From the NCBI GenBank assembly GCA_965140585.1, contig OZ223269.1, positions 832,001 to 896,000 of the forward strand: DNA of 64,000 nucleotides, written 5' to 3'. A model generated the notes under the pieces. That model was not told where the DNA came from. It worked only from the letters and a program-made list of their open reading frames with translations, and searched no databases. The translations under genes and the position numbers were made by a program. The DNA is from Spirochaetia bacterium. Its GTDB lineage: Bacteria > Spirochaetota > Spirochaetia > UBA9216. Within the stretch, counting starts at the first letter, position 1. The number at the start of each line of letters is the position of its first letter. Positions 21,954-33,298 of the stretch are shown here, piece by piece.

Positions 21954-22904
21954 TTGAACAGCAATCTTACAATTGTCCTTGAAGACCATGGAGTTCTATC
22001 TGAACTTTGCGGAGCCAATGATGAAAATTTAAAAGCTATAGAGGCACTGCTTGGTGCTGAAGTTCGTTATAAAGGAAACGAAATAAGACTTGATTCCGAT
22101 GAGCCTGCTAAACAGGATGCGTTCAGACAGCTTATTGATTCCTTAAGAAACTGTATTAAAAGCGGTCGTATGGTAGATCCTCGTCTTGTTTCTGAAGTAT
22201 ATGAAACGCTTACAAATGATACTGCAGATGAACGCGAACTCTTTGCAAATAAAATGATAAATGTCCCCGGGGGGAAAAAAATCTTCCCTAGAAATTCACA
22301 TCAGGCTGCCTATATCCAGAATATTGAAAAAAATGAAGTTGTTTTCGGTATTGGACCGGCAGGAACAGGAAAAACATATCTTGCAGTGGCGTCGGCTCTA
22401 AGCGATGTCCTTTCTAAAAAGAAGCGGCGCATAATAATAACCAGACCAGTGGTTGAGGCGGGTGAAAGTCTAGGTTTTCTTCCAGGTGATCTTACTCAGA
22501 AGCTCAGTCCATACCTGAAACCTATTTATGACGCAATGGATTCTTTTCTTCCCTATGATGTTATAACAAGAATGGAAGAGAACCGTCTTATAGAGATTGC
22601 ACCGCTTGCCTATATGAGAGGACGAAGTCTTACAGACAGCTTTATAATCCTTGATGAAGCTCAAAATACCACTAAAACACAGATGAAAATGTTCCTGACT
22701 CGAATCGGGGAGGGATCCCAGGCTGTTATTACCGGTGATGTTACGCAGACTGACCTTCCTAAAGGCATGGAATCAGGTTTGATTCATGCATCGTCAATTC
22801 TAAAAGATATAGAAGGTATCTCGTTTAACTATTTCGATACAAAAGATGTAGTCAGAAAGAAAATAGTCAGACAGATAATACAGGCGTATGAAAAACACGG
22901 ATAA
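21954..22904 (+). CDS. phoH: PhoH-family ATPase (YbeZ-like)
   Basis: GPAGTGKTYLA, RPVVEAGESLGFLPG, YMRGRSL, DEAQN. Confidence 0.95.
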   Translation: MNSNLTIVLEDHGVLSELCGANDENLKAIEALLGAEVRYKGNEIRLDSDEPAKQDAFRQLIDSLRNCIKSGRMVDPRLVSEVYETLTNDTADERELFANKMINVPGGKKIFPRNSHQAAYIQNIEKNEVVFGIGPAGTGKTYLAVASALSDVLSKKKRRIIITRPVVEAGESLGFLPGDLTQKLSPYLKPIYDAMDSFLPYDVITRMEENRLIEIAPLAYMRGRSLTDSFIILDEAQNTTKTQMKMFLTRIGEGSQAVITGDVTQTDLPKGMESGLIHASSILKDIEGISFNYFDTKDVVRKKIVRQIIQAYEKHG

Positions 22905-25113
22905 AAACAGATTAAAATCTCATCATTTTTTCAGAAATTTTTCAGGAATATTTTCAGATAAAATACTCGCTTTGGCAGTACTGGCTCTTATAATTATTTA
23001 TTACTTATCAGTAGTTCTGATAGCAAATAACGGCATACTAACCGCCGGGGTAAAGCTATCTGATTACGAACTGGGCAAGGTAGCTGAGCGTGATCTGATT
23101 GTAGATCGTGATTTGGAGTATATAGACAGCAAGGCTACTGAACTTAAACGTCAGGCGGAAGCTCTGCTTGTTGAGCCTGTTTTCACTGTTTCAGACAGTA
23201 TTACTGAGCGTGTGATGACGACTTTCGATTCAATGGTTAATTTGTATCTTAGCTTTTACTCACAGGGAAAATCACCGGAAGAAGTTTTTCTGGAAATCCA
23301 GTCAGAACTTCCCGGATACCTTGATGAAAAAACAGTAACCGACCTATATCTAATTAAAGAACCTGACAGTTTTCTGAATGCTATCAGAAGTGTATTAGAG
23401 CAAATGATGGTTACCGGTATTACCAGTATTCCTGATAATTTTAAAAACAGCACTGACTCAATTGAAGTCCTGCGATGGCGTGATGGAGAAAAGGAAAGGG
23501 AAATCATTTTTCAGAACGATGCCGTCACCATCCAGACAATTCCCAAAGCTGTAGAGATGATACTCATAGATACCAACTTCACAGAAATGCAGACAAAAAC
23601 CTCAGTAGAGCTGGTTTTAAGGGCTATAGAGGAAAATTCATTCTACGATTCAGAACTTACCGAGAAAAACAGAGCCCGGGCCAGAGATCAGGTTGACCCT
23701 GTTATCAAAAAAATGGTGAAGGGAGAGGTCATAGTTAAGAAAGGTTTTATAATTACCGAGGAAAATATGATTAAGGTTGAGGCGTTAGGATCTTTTTCTG
23801 AAAAGGTCAATGTCACTGTTTTTTTCGGCCGATTTTTATACCTGCTGTTTTTATTCATTATATCTGTTAAGCTGCTTCAGCCGCCGATTTTATTGAAAAC
23901 ACCTATTCGCAACATGCTGTTTCTTATGCTTATACTGTTTGCAGTATATTCAGTAACTTCTTCACTGGTAATAAGATATCTAAATCTTCAGGAAGGAATG
24001 ATATTCGCAGCATTCGTGCCTACTGCACTCGTAACGATACTGATTTCAATAATGATTAATACTAGGGTCGGTATCATAAGTTCAATTATTCTGAGTCTTT
24101 CTATTTTAATCATGCCGGGAAACCAAATTTATAATTTTATATTCACTTTTCTTTCCGGCGCTTTCGGCAGTCTCATTGTTTATGGTGCAGAAAATAGAAT
24201 AACTCTCGTAAAAGCCGGATTATTTGTATCTCTTCTGAATACTTCAGTAATAATAATTATCGGACTTCTGCAGAGTATGGAGGCCTCATGGTACCTCAAT
24301 GCGGTACTTGTATCTGTAGTTAACGGCTTCCTGTGCGGTGTTTTCACACTTGGGCTGCTGCCCATACTTGAACATATGCTTAACGCTCCCACACCATTCA
24401 GACTTATGGAACTTTCTGATTTAAATACTCCATTGTTTAAGCGTATGCTTATTCTTGCGCCAGGTACCTACAGTCATAGTGTGAGTGTCGCTAATCTTGC
24501 TGAAACTGCAGCAAAAGAGATTGGTGCAAATGCACTTCTGGCACGTGTAGGGGCTTATTATCATGATATTGGAAAGATCGATCAGGCTGAATATTTTATC
24601 GAGAATCAGAAAGAAGGCAATAAGCATGATGATCTTAAGGCAACTCTATCAACGGCTGTTATTAAAAGTCATGTTAAAATCGGTTTTGAAAAAGCCAAGG
24701 AGCTTGGACTTCCCGATGCTGTGATGGAAATAATCTCACAGCATCACGGCAGCGGTCAAATCAGCTATTTTTATATGAAAGCGCTGAAAGAACAGAAAAT
24801 GGATCAGAAACTGTCGCCGGAAGATTTTGCATACAACGGTACTCCTCCTGTGAGCCGTGAAGCTGCAGTTGTAATGCTGGCTGATACTGTAGAAGCTGCT
24901 ACCCGTACACTTAAAAACCCCACGATGGCCAAACTTGAAAGATTTGTATGGGAACTGATTATGGAGAAGGTTAGTCACGGTCAGATGAAAAATACAGCCC
25001 TGACTTTTAAAGATCTTGAAACTGTTAAAAATTCATTTGTTCAAATATTAGGCGGAAGCTTTCATACAAGAATTGAGTATCCCAACCAGAAAGAAAAGAG
25101 CGAAAATGAATAA
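22888..25113 (+). CDS. 7TM-HD phosphohydrolase (PgpH-like, putative c-di-AMP phosphodiesterase)
   Basis: Extracytoplasmic domain, multiple TMs, APGTYSHS, YYHDIGK, QHHG, MLADTVEAA. Confidence 0.88.
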   Translation: MKNTDKNRLKSHHFFRNFSGIFSDKILALAVLALIIIYYLSVVLIANNGILTAGVKLSDYELGKVAERDLIVDRDLEYIDSKATELKRQAEALLVEPVFTVSDSITERVMTTFDSMVNLYLSFYSQGKSPEEVFLEIQSELPGYLDEKTVTDLYLIKEPDSFLNAIRSVLEQMMVTGITSIPDNFKNSTDSIEVLRWRDGEKEREIIFQNDAVTIQTIPKAVEMILIDTNFTEMQTKTSVELVLRAIEENSFYDSELTEKNRARARDQVDPVIKKMVKGEVIVKKGFIITEENMIKVEALGSFSEKVNVTVFFGRFLYLLFLFIISVKLLQPPILLKTPIRNMLFLMLILFAVYSVTSSLVIRYLNLQEGMIFAAFVPTALVTILISIMINTRVGIISSIILSLSILIMPGNQIYNFIFTFLSGAFGSLIVYGAENRITLVKAGLFVSLLNTSVIIIIGLLQSMEASWYLNAVLVSVVNGFLCGVFTLGLLPILEHMLNAPTPFRLMELSDLNTPLFKRMLILAPGTYSHSVSVANLAETAAKEIGANALLARVGAYYHDIGKIDQAEYFIENQKEGNKHDDLKATLSTAVIKSHVKIGFEKAKELGLPDAVMEIISQHHGSGQISYFYMKALKEQKMDQKLSPEDFAYNGTPPVSREAAVVMLADTVEAATRTLKNPTMAKLERFVWELIMEKVSHGQMKNTALTFKDLETVKNSFVQILGGSFHTRIEYPNQKEKSENE

Positions 25114-25576
25114 AATTGATTTAATAGTTGAAGATATTAGTTTAGAATACAGTCAGGAGAAAATAATTGCTTATATGCAGGCTGTTTGTAAGCAGATAGG
25201 AGCTGATAATAAAGAGTTTTCACTTCTTATTTGTAATGATGAGTATATTAAAAAGCTTAATAAAACATACCGCAGCAAAGATGAACCGACAGATATATTA
25301 AGCTTCTGTACCGAAGATGAAGAGCCCTGGGATTTTGTGAACGACCCTGAAGAAGCTGATGAAACTATCTACTGGGGAGATCTTGTACTGTCTGTCGACA
25401 GTCTTAAAACGAACGCAGAGTACTTTAAGGTTGTACAGCAGGAAGAATTTAAAAGACTGCTTATTCATGGTATTCTTCATCTTAGCGGAATGGATCACAA
25501 AACAAATGACGCAAATGAGGAAATGCTGATATATCAGGAAAAAATATTACAGGAGTTTGGAGAATTTAAATTTTGA
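25106..25576 (+). CDS. ybeY: rRNA maturation endoribonuclease YbeY
   Basis: LNKTYRSKDEPTDILSF, HGILHLSGMDH; start moved to ATG 25106. Confidence 0.95.
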   Translation: MNKIDLIVEDISLEYSQEKIIAYMQAVCKQIGADNKEFSLLICNDEYIKKLNKTYRSKDEPTDILSFCTEDEEPWDFVNDPEEADETIYWGDLVLSVDSLKTNAEYFKVVQQEEFKRLLIHGILHLSGMDHKTNDANEEMLIYQEKILQEFGEFKF

Positions 25577-26355
25577 AAAAGAAAGGTTTTTGGGAAAAGC
25601 TCACCAGCCGTACCCAGGATGAGGATGAAGAAAGTTTTCAACATCTTAATTCAACTGAAAAGGATATGATAAGGGGGGTTGTTGAACTTGCTGAAACCTC
25701 TGTTAAAGAGGTTATGGTTCCCAGAATTGATGTTGTTTTTATTTCAAAAGACATCAGCATCAATGAAGCAGTTCAAACGCTCCTTGAATGCGGTCATTCA
25801 AGAGTCCCTGTTTACGATGACACCATAGATCATATCGCCGGAATCCTATATGCCAAAGATCTGCTTAAATATTTTATAGCCGATAAGAACAGTTTTGAGG
25901 CCATAAAGATTGAACAGATTATGCGCAAGCCCTATTTTGTCCCTGAAAGTAAGAAACTCGATTCGCTATTACGGGAGTTCAAAAGGCGGAAGGTGCATAT
26001 TGCTGTCAGTGTTGATGAATACGGCGGTGTATCCGGTATAGTCTGCATGGAAGACATCATTGAAGAAATTGTCGGAGATATACAGGACGAATTTGATAAT
26101 GAAGATGATGAAATAATGCAGATTGGAGAAGGTGTATATCTTTGTGATGCAAGAATTAATCTTGAGGACCTTAATGAACATATAGGTACGGAACTGTCTG
26201 ATGAGGAATTTGATACCCTCGGAGGATTTGTTTTTGATCTTTTCGGTAAAATCCCTGTCAGATATGAAAAGGTTTCAGTTGATAATCTCGATTTTGTTAT
26301 TCAGGAAGTAGACGGCCATAAGATCAGTACTATAAAGATTATTAAAAAGGAATAA
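25573..26355 (+). CDS. corC: CBS/CorC-domain protein (HlyC/CorC family)
   Basis: EVMVPRID, GHSRVPVY, VDEYGG, EDIIEEIVGDIQDE, DTLGGFV. Confidence 0.9.
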   Translation: MKKKGFWEKLTSRTQDEDEESFQHLNSTEKDMIRGVVELAETSVKEVMVPRIDVVFISKDISINEAVQTLLECGHSRVPVYDDTIDHIAGILYAKDLLKYFIADKNSFEAIKIEQIMRKPYFVPESKKLDSLLREFKRRKVHIAVSVDEYGGVSGIVCMEDIIEEIVGDIQDEFDNEDDEIMQIGEGVYLCDARINLEDLNEHIGTELSDEEFDTLGGFVFDLFGKIPVRYEKVSVDNLDFVIQEVDGHKISTIKIIKKE

Positions 26356-26357
26356 AA

Positions 26358-28349
26358 GTGAAAAGGTTTTTAATAGTAATTCTGCTCATTATTACCTGCA
26401 TGCAGATCTATGCACAGTCCAGAAGTGCTGTAGAGCTGTTTAGTGACGGGAATTATCAGGAGTCAGCAGGAGACTATTACAAAGCCATAGAACTGTATAA
26501 AACCTCGCTATCACGCAATAATAACTATCTCGAGCCTGTAATAGGGTTGGCCAGGGCATACTATTTTCTAAACGAATATGAAGAAGCTCTGGTGTATATT
26601 GAAAAAGCCGAAAGGCTTGATAAAAACAATACTGAGGTTATGAATCTTAAAGCACGGCTTTTTCTTTCCACAGGTGATTTTAATAATGCCGAAATGCTGT
26701 TCAGTAAAATTCTGGAAATAGAGGAAAACAATATAGATGCAGGTTTCGGTCTTGCTGAAATAGATATCGCATCAGGTCGAATAACAAAAGCTGCTGAACG
26801 TTTTGAAGAAGCTATTGCAGTATCTCCGGAAAGCAGGAAAGCACTCCTTGCAATGGTACTGATAAGCGATCGGAACGGTGATACAGAAAAGGCTGAATAT
26901 TATCTCACTCAGGCGCTTCAGTATTATTCCGGAAATCCTTATGTCCGGTATACGGCAGCTGAACATTATTACAATGAGGGTAACCTCGATGAATCTCTTT
27001 TTCACTTAAAAACAGCTTTATTTCTAAAAAAGGATTTTACTGAAGCTTCACTGCTGCTTAGCCGTCTTTATATGGATCAGCATAAATATGATGAAGTTAT
27101 AAGTGTAATAAACAACATTATATCCAAAAATGATAACGAAGTGCTTCTATGGTACATGCTTGGTCGTGCCTATGAGAATTCAGGTGATACTTCTAAATCT
27201 ATTTTATGCTATTCGAGAGCGTTTAACATAAAACCAGATGAAGATTTGTCCAGAATTGCGCTTGAAAATGAGATAATCAGAAATACACAGATTGATGATA
27301 ATGTTCGTATTAAATATTCAAACTATCATGTTGAACTCGGCAGAAAATATGAAGAAAGAAATATGATTGATAAGGCTGAATATGAATACAGAAGAGCCCT
27401 GCTTATCTATCCGGATTCTTATGAAGCAAGACTCCTGTCTGCCGGAATTTATAAACGTGTTGGTTATGATGAAAGATATATCTCAATTTTAACTGAATTA
27501 TCAGCGATTCGTACAGATGATATAAATTTAAAAGATGAAATAGAAATACAGAAAAGCCTTATGGATGAAACGCTGTCTGAAAAATGGAGAATAAATCAGT
27601 TCACGGAACCCAAGTTGAAGAATAAAATCGCGGTTTTCTACGCTGAAGATTCAATGACTCATATTCAGGGAGAACAGATCCTTTCCGAATACATTAATTA
27701 CCTTCTTACCGGTTATGAAAACATCGAAATAACTGCAACCGGATTCAGCGGTGATTATGCAGAATGTTTCAGACTTTCACGGGAAAATAATGCTGATTAT
27801 TTTATAATTTTCGATATTTATGAAACAGAAAGAGTTGTCTCACTCCAAAGCAGGGTCTATCTCGCAGATACCGGCGGGGAACTTGAAAGACTTGAAGCTG
27901 TAAGAACAGGAAATCAAATGCTCCATGAAGCATCGTCAGCTATTGTTGAGGAAATACACTCAAGACTTCCTGTTTACGGAAGCATTATAAACAGGAAATT
28001 TGACCAGGTTGTTATTAATCTAGGTCATCGTGACGGCATAAGTTCAGGTACAGAGCTAATGATCATAAAAAAGGGAATGATACAAAAGAACAAAAGTGAT
28101 TTTTCTCTTTCATACGCTTCTGAAGACCTTCTCGGAAGCATCAAAATCAGCTCTTCTGATGAACTTGTATCGGAAGGCGACGTTTCAGTGTCCCAGTTTT
28201 TTGACATGATTAACCCCGGAGATTATGTTATTCCGGTTATTCCCGCCTCTGAAGATGGAAATGCCGGCGAACCACAGCTTCCGGGAACACCGGATGCACA
28301 ATTGTTCATTCCGGATGATCTTTTCCGTTCAATAAACAATATCAGGTAA
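26358..28349 (+). CDS. Exported TPR-repeat protein with C-terminal alpha/beta and beta domains
   Basis: Signal peptide; many TPRs; C-terminal VVINLGHRDGI motif. Confidence 0.8.
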   Translation: MKRFLIVILLIITCMQIYAQSRSAVELFSDGNYQESAGDYYKAIELYKTSLSRNNNYLEPVIGLARAYYFLNEYEEALVYIEKAERLDKNNTEVMNLKARLFLSTGDFNNAEMLFSKILEIEENNIDAGFGLAEIDIASGRITKAAERFEEAIAVSPESRKALLAMVLISDRNGDTEKAEYYLTQALQYYSGNPYVRYTAAEHYYNEGNLDESLFHLKTALFLKKDFTEASLLLSRLYMDQHKYDEVISVINNIISKNDNEVLLWYMLGRAYENSGDTSKSILCYSRAFNIKPDEDLSRIALENEIIRNTQIDDNVRIKYSNYHVELGRKYEERNMIDKAEYEYRRALLIYPDSYEARLLSAGIYKRVGYDERYISILTELSAIRTDDINLKDEIEIQKSLMDETLSEKWRINQFTEPKLKNKIAVFYAEDSMTHIQGEQILSEYINYLLTGYENIEITATGFSGDYAECFRLSRENNADYFIIFDIYETERVVSLQSRVYLADTGGELERLEAVRTGNQMLHEASSAIVEEIHSRLPVYGSIINRKFDQVVINLGHRDGISSGTELMIIKKGMIQKNKSDFSLSYASEDLLGSIKISSSDELVSEGDVSVSQFFDMINPGDYVIPVIPASEDGNAGEPQLPGTPDAQLFIPDDLFRSINNIR

Positions 28350-29432
<1,083 letters not shown>

Positions 29433-29450
29433 ATAAGAGGAGCTGATTGT

Positions 29451-30632
29451 ATGGGTCTCAAAACTGTAAAAGATATTGACCTTAAAAATAAAAGAGTATT
29501 AATCAGGGTGGACTTTAACGTCCCCCTGAAAAATGGTGTTATTACGGATGATACCAGAATTGTAGCCGCATTGCCGACTATTAAATACATTCTTGAACAG
29601 CCAGGTGCCAGCCTTATAGTTATGAGCCACTGTGGAAGACCGGGCGGTGAGAAGAATCCAGAGTTCAGTCTTAAACCTGCAGCTGACAGGCTTGCTGAAC
29701 TTCTTGGTAAATCGGTTATTATGGCGCCGGATGTTATAGGCTCTGAAGTTGAAAAGATGGCCTCCGAGCTCAAGAGCGGTGATGTTCTTGTTCTTGAAAA
29801 TACCCGATACTACAAGGAAGAAACTAAAAATGATCCGGGTTTTGCAGAAAAAATAGCAAAACTGGGCGATGTGTATGTTAATGATGCCTTCGGGGCTGCC
29901 CACAGAGCCCATGCCTCTACTGAGGGCGTTAGTAAGTATCTTCCGGCAGTAGCAGGGTTTCTAATTGAGAAAGAATGTAAATTCTTTGATAATATCCTTG
30001 AAAATCCGAAAAAACCCTTTGTAGCCATAATCGGCGGAGCAAAGGTTTCCTCAAAAATCGGAGTGCTTGAATCTCTTCTTGAAAAGGCCGACAGTCTCAT
30101 TATCGGAGGCGGAATGGCATATACCTTTCTCTATGCTCAGGGATACAGTATAGGAAAATCTCTTTTCGAAGAAGATTACCTTGATACTGCAAAGACTCTT
30201 CTTACCAAAGCAGCAGAGAAAAACGTAGAAATTATACTTCCTGAAGATCATGTAGCTGCAAAAGAATTCAGTGAAACCGCAGAGGCTGTATATATTGACG
30301 GCCTGGACATACCGGCAGATATGCTGGGTATGGACATCGGGGCTAAAACACTTGCAAAGGTTAAAGATCGTATTCTTAACGCTCAGTCGATTGTATGGAA
30401 TGGTCCGATGGGTGTGTTTGAATTCGATGCATTCTCCAAGGGTACTCTTGAGGTTGCACAGTATGTTGCAGACTGTAAGGGAACTACAGTTGTCGGTGGC
30501 GGAGATTCAGTTGCTGCTGTGAACAAATTCGGATTTGCAGATAAGATTGATCACGTATCTACAGGCGGCGGAGCCTCACTTGAATTCCTCGAAGGTAAAG
30601 TCCTTCCCGGAATAGATGCTCTTCGCAGTTAA
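29451..30632 (+). CDS. pgk: Phosphoglycerate kinase
   Basis: [38 protein letters not shown]. Confidence 0.98.
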   Translation: MGLKTVKDIDLKNKRVLIRVDFNVPLKNGVITDDTRIVAALPTIKYILEQPGASLIVMSHCGRPGGEKNPEFSLKPAADRLAELLGKSVIMAPDVIGSEVEKMASELKSGDVLVLENTRYYKEETKNDPGFAEKIAKLGDVYVNDAFGAAHRAHASTEGVSKYLPAVAGFLIEKECKFFDNILENPKKPFVAIIGGAKVSSKIGVLESLLEKADSLIIGGGMAYTFLYAQGYSIGKSLFEEDYLDTAKTLLTKAAEKNVEIILPEDHVAAKEFSETAEAVYIDGLDIPADMLGMDIGAKTLAKVKDRILNAQSIVWNGPMGVFEFDAFSKGTLEVAQYVADCKGTTVVGGGDSVAAVNKFGFADKIDHVSTGGGASLEFLEGKVLPGIDALRS

Positions 30633-30653
30633 TCAGTAAAGGGGAGTAAAGTT

Positions 30654-31406
30654 ATGAGAAAATCATTCATTGCAGGAAACTGGAAAATGAATAAAACACC
30701 GTCTGAGGCAGCTAAGCTTGCAGAGGAATTAAAAGCAGGACTTGGAAACTGCGGCCATAAAATTCTGGTTGCTCCAAGTTTTGTCTGTATGCCTGCTGTA
30801 GCTGAAGTTGTTAAGGGCAGTAATATTATGCTCGGCGCACAGAATATGTCTGATGAGGTAGAAGGTGCTTTTACAGGGGAAACTTCTGTAAAAATGCTCA
30901 AGGAACTTGGAGTTGAGGCCGTAATACTCGGACACTCCGAAAGACGGCATATTTATGGTGAAACCGACGAATTTATTAATAAAAAAGTAAAACTTGCTAT
31001 AGCTGAAGGTCTTGAGGTAATTCTCTGTGTCGGCGAAACACTTGATGAAAGAGAAGCCGGCAAAGCTGAAGAGGTTGTTAAATCTCAGACTGAAAAAGGT
31101 CTTAAAGACGTTTCTGAAAAAGAGCTTGAAAAAGTTACTATTGCATATGAACCTGTTTGGGCTATCGGAACTGGTAAAACCGCCACTCCCGATGATGCAG
31201 AACAGATTCATAAGGTAACCAGGGATACAGTGAAAGCGCTTTATTCAGAAAAAGCTGCTGAAGAGATGATTATTCAGTACGGCGGCTCAGTTAAACCAGA
31301 TAATGCTGCCCAGCTTATGGGTATGCCCGATATTGACGGTGCGCTTGTCGGCGGAGCATCTTTAAAAGCAGATTTGTTTTTACCTATAGCCTTATACGAC
31401 AAATAA
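30654..31406 (+). CDS. tpiA: Triosephosphate isomerase
   Basis: AGNWKMN, GHSERR, AYEPVWAIGTG, YGGSVK, LVGGASL. Confidence 0.98.
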   Translation: MRKSFIAGNWKMNKTPSEAAKLAEELKAGLGNCGHKILVAPSFVCMPAVAEVVKGSNIMLGAQNMSDEVEGAFTGETSVKMLKELGVEAVILGHSERRHIYGETDEFINKKVKLAIAEGLEVILCVGETLDEREAGKAEEVVKSQTEKGLKDVSEKELEKVTIAYEPVWAIGTGKTATPDDAEQIHKVTRDTVKALYSEKAAEEMIIQYGGSVKPDNAAQLMGMPDIDGALVGGASLKADLFLPIALYDK

Positions 31407-31417
31407 GTATATAATAA

Positions 31418-31448
31418 AGCCTCTCTCAAAAAGAGAGGCTATAATTTT
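31418..31448 (+). terminator. Hairpin / weak terminator between tpiA and secG
   Basis: AGCCTCTCT-caaaa-AGAGAGGCT 9-bp stem followed by ATAATTTT. Confidence 0.6.
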
Positions 31449-31466
31449 ATTATCGGAGATATCTTA

Positions 31467-31787
31467 ATGGGTGCGATTGGAGTCATACTGCTGGTTTTAT
31501 TCAGCATAAGCGCAGTTCTTTTAATTATCATAGTCCTTCTGCAGGATGAGCAGGGTGAAGGTCTTGGCGGAATATTCGGAGGCGGAAGTTCTTCAGCCTT
31601 TGGAAGCAGATCCGGAAATATTTTAACAAAGTTTACATCAGTACTTGGAGCAATTTTTATTATTTGCGCATTCTCACTAGCGTGGTTTAACAGATCTGTT
31701 GATGACAGTGACGTTTTAAAGGCGGCAAGAGAGAATATGCAGAATACTGAAGATGCAGGCGACTGGTGGGACGTACCTACCGAATAA
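31467..31787 (+). CDS. secG: Preprotein translocase subunit SecG
   Basis: Two TMs, VLLQDEQGEGLGGIFGGG, FGSRSGNILTK; after tpiA. Confidence 0.92.
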   Translation: MGAIGVILLVLFSISAVLLIIIVLLQDEQGEGLGGIFGGGSSSAFGSRSGNILTKFTSVLGAIFIICAFSLAWFNRSVDDSDVLKAARENMQNTEDAGDWWDVPTE

Positions 31788-31805
31788 TTTTTAACGGAAG
31801 TAACC

Positions 31806-32882
31806 GTGAATCATAGAAAAATATTTATACTTTTATCCCTTTTACTTACAGGCGGAATAGTTTTTGGACAGTTGGTTATTGATAAACCGGCTGCATCTGT
31901 AAATTTGTCAAAGCCTGAAATGATATCAGTCAAACAGCTGGAAGCACAGGTCAATATGCTGAATCAGCTCCGGGTCCGTTCAGGACTTCCTGCTGTTTCT
32001 GTAAAAAAATCTGACAAGCTTGAAGTTCTTGATAAAATGATTTCAGAGATGCTTATTTCACAGGCTGCTGAAGACAGCGGATTAAAAGCCGAAGAGAATG
32101 AGATTAATGAAACCATTCAGACACAGAAAACTCAGCTTGAACAGCAGAATAACGCTAAAATTTCAGATCAGCAGTTTAAAAGCATGATCGAATCACAGAC
32201 CGGTTATTCATGGGATAAATACAAAAGGCAGATAGCTGAGCAGATCGTTCTGCAGAAATACATTGCCAGGGAAAAACAGGAAGAAATCAATGCTTCAATG
32301 ACTCTTCCTAGTTCAGATGATATTGAGAAATTATATAACTCTGAAATAAGTTCTTTCGTTCAAAGTAAAACAGTAAGATACAGCCAGGTTTATATAAGCA
32401 CCTTAAACTTATCAGGAAGTGAACTTGAAGCAGCAGAAAAAAAAGCTAATGATGCATACCGGAAATATGTAAACGGCACTGCGACATTTGAAAAAATAGT
32501 TAATGACTACACAGAAGATCAGACTTCCAAATATAAGAATGGGGATACCGGTTACATTACTTTGAATGATCCTAATGCCAGAGCATATCTTGGCAGCGGA
32601 TTTATGGATGCCTTGTTCAGTACTCCTTTGGGTGAAGTCAAAGGTGTTATTAAATCAAATATTGGATTCCATATTATCAAAATAACTGAGTACTATAAGG
32701 AAAGACTTCTAGGTCTTGATGATCCCATGCATCCCTCAACTAAGAAGACGGTAAGGGATTATATAGCTGAAAAATATATTGCATCAATGCAGAATGCCGC
32801 CTTGAACAAAGCCCTTGAAGGCCTTGTTGAAGAGCTGAAAAAGAAAGCAGAAATTACAATATATGAGGAAAATATAAACTGA
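31806..32882 (+). CDS. SurA/PrsA-like parvulin peptidyl-prolyl isomerase
   Basis: Signal peptide, SurA-N-like helices, NGDTGYI..KSNIGFHIIK. Confidence 0.82.
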   Translation: MNHRKIFILLSLLLTGGIVFGQLVIDKPAASVNLSKPEMISVKQLEAQVNMLNQLRVRSGLPAVSVKKSDKLEVLDKMISEMLISQAAEDSGLKAEENEINETIQTQKTQLEQQNNAKISDQQFKSMIESQTGYSWDKYKRQIAEQIVLQKYIAREKQEEINASMTLPSSDDIEKLYNSEISSFVQSKTVRYSQVYISTLNLSGSELEAAEKKANDAYRKYVNGTATFEKIVNDYTEDQTSKYKNGDTGYITLNDPNARAYLGSGFMDALFSTPLGEVKGVIKSNIGFHIIKITEYYKERLLGLDDPMHPSTKKTVRDYIAEKYIASMQNAALNKALEGLVEELKKKAEITIYEENIN

Positions 32883-33298
32883 TGGGAACCCGCAGAAAAG
32901 GACGGGTAATAGCTTTTCAATCAATCTTCAGCTGGCAGTTGTCTGAGACGGATCCTGCCGGACTGATAGAGTTTGAATGGCTTGATATGGAAAAGAATGA
33001 AAGGAATCAGGCAGCAATTGATTTCGCCCGTCTATTAATTTCCGGAACAATTGAAAATATCGAAAGTGTCGATAACAAGATCAAAGAGCATCTTGTTAAC
33101 TGGGATTTTAACCGTCTATCGAAAGTTGATCTGGCCATACTCAGAATCAGTGTTTACAGCCTGCTTTACCGAAAAGAAATTCCATCTTCGGTAACTATTG
33201 ATGAAGCAGTTGACATTGCCAAACAGTACGGCAGTGATGAATCTTATAAGTTTGTAAACGGAGTTCTGGACAGTATCAATAAAGAGAATGAAGACTGA
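32882..33298 (+). CDS. nusB: Transcription antitermination factor NusB
   Basis: RRKGR, WDFNRLSKVDLAILR, DEAVDIAKQYG, FVNGVLD. Confidence 0.96.
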   Translation: MGTRRKGRVIAFQSIFSWQLSETDPAGLIEFEWLDMEKNERNQAAIDFARLLISGTIENIESVDNKIKEHLVNWDFNRLSKVDLAILRISVYSLLYRKEIPSSVTIDEAVDIAKQYGSDESYKFVNGVLDSINKENED

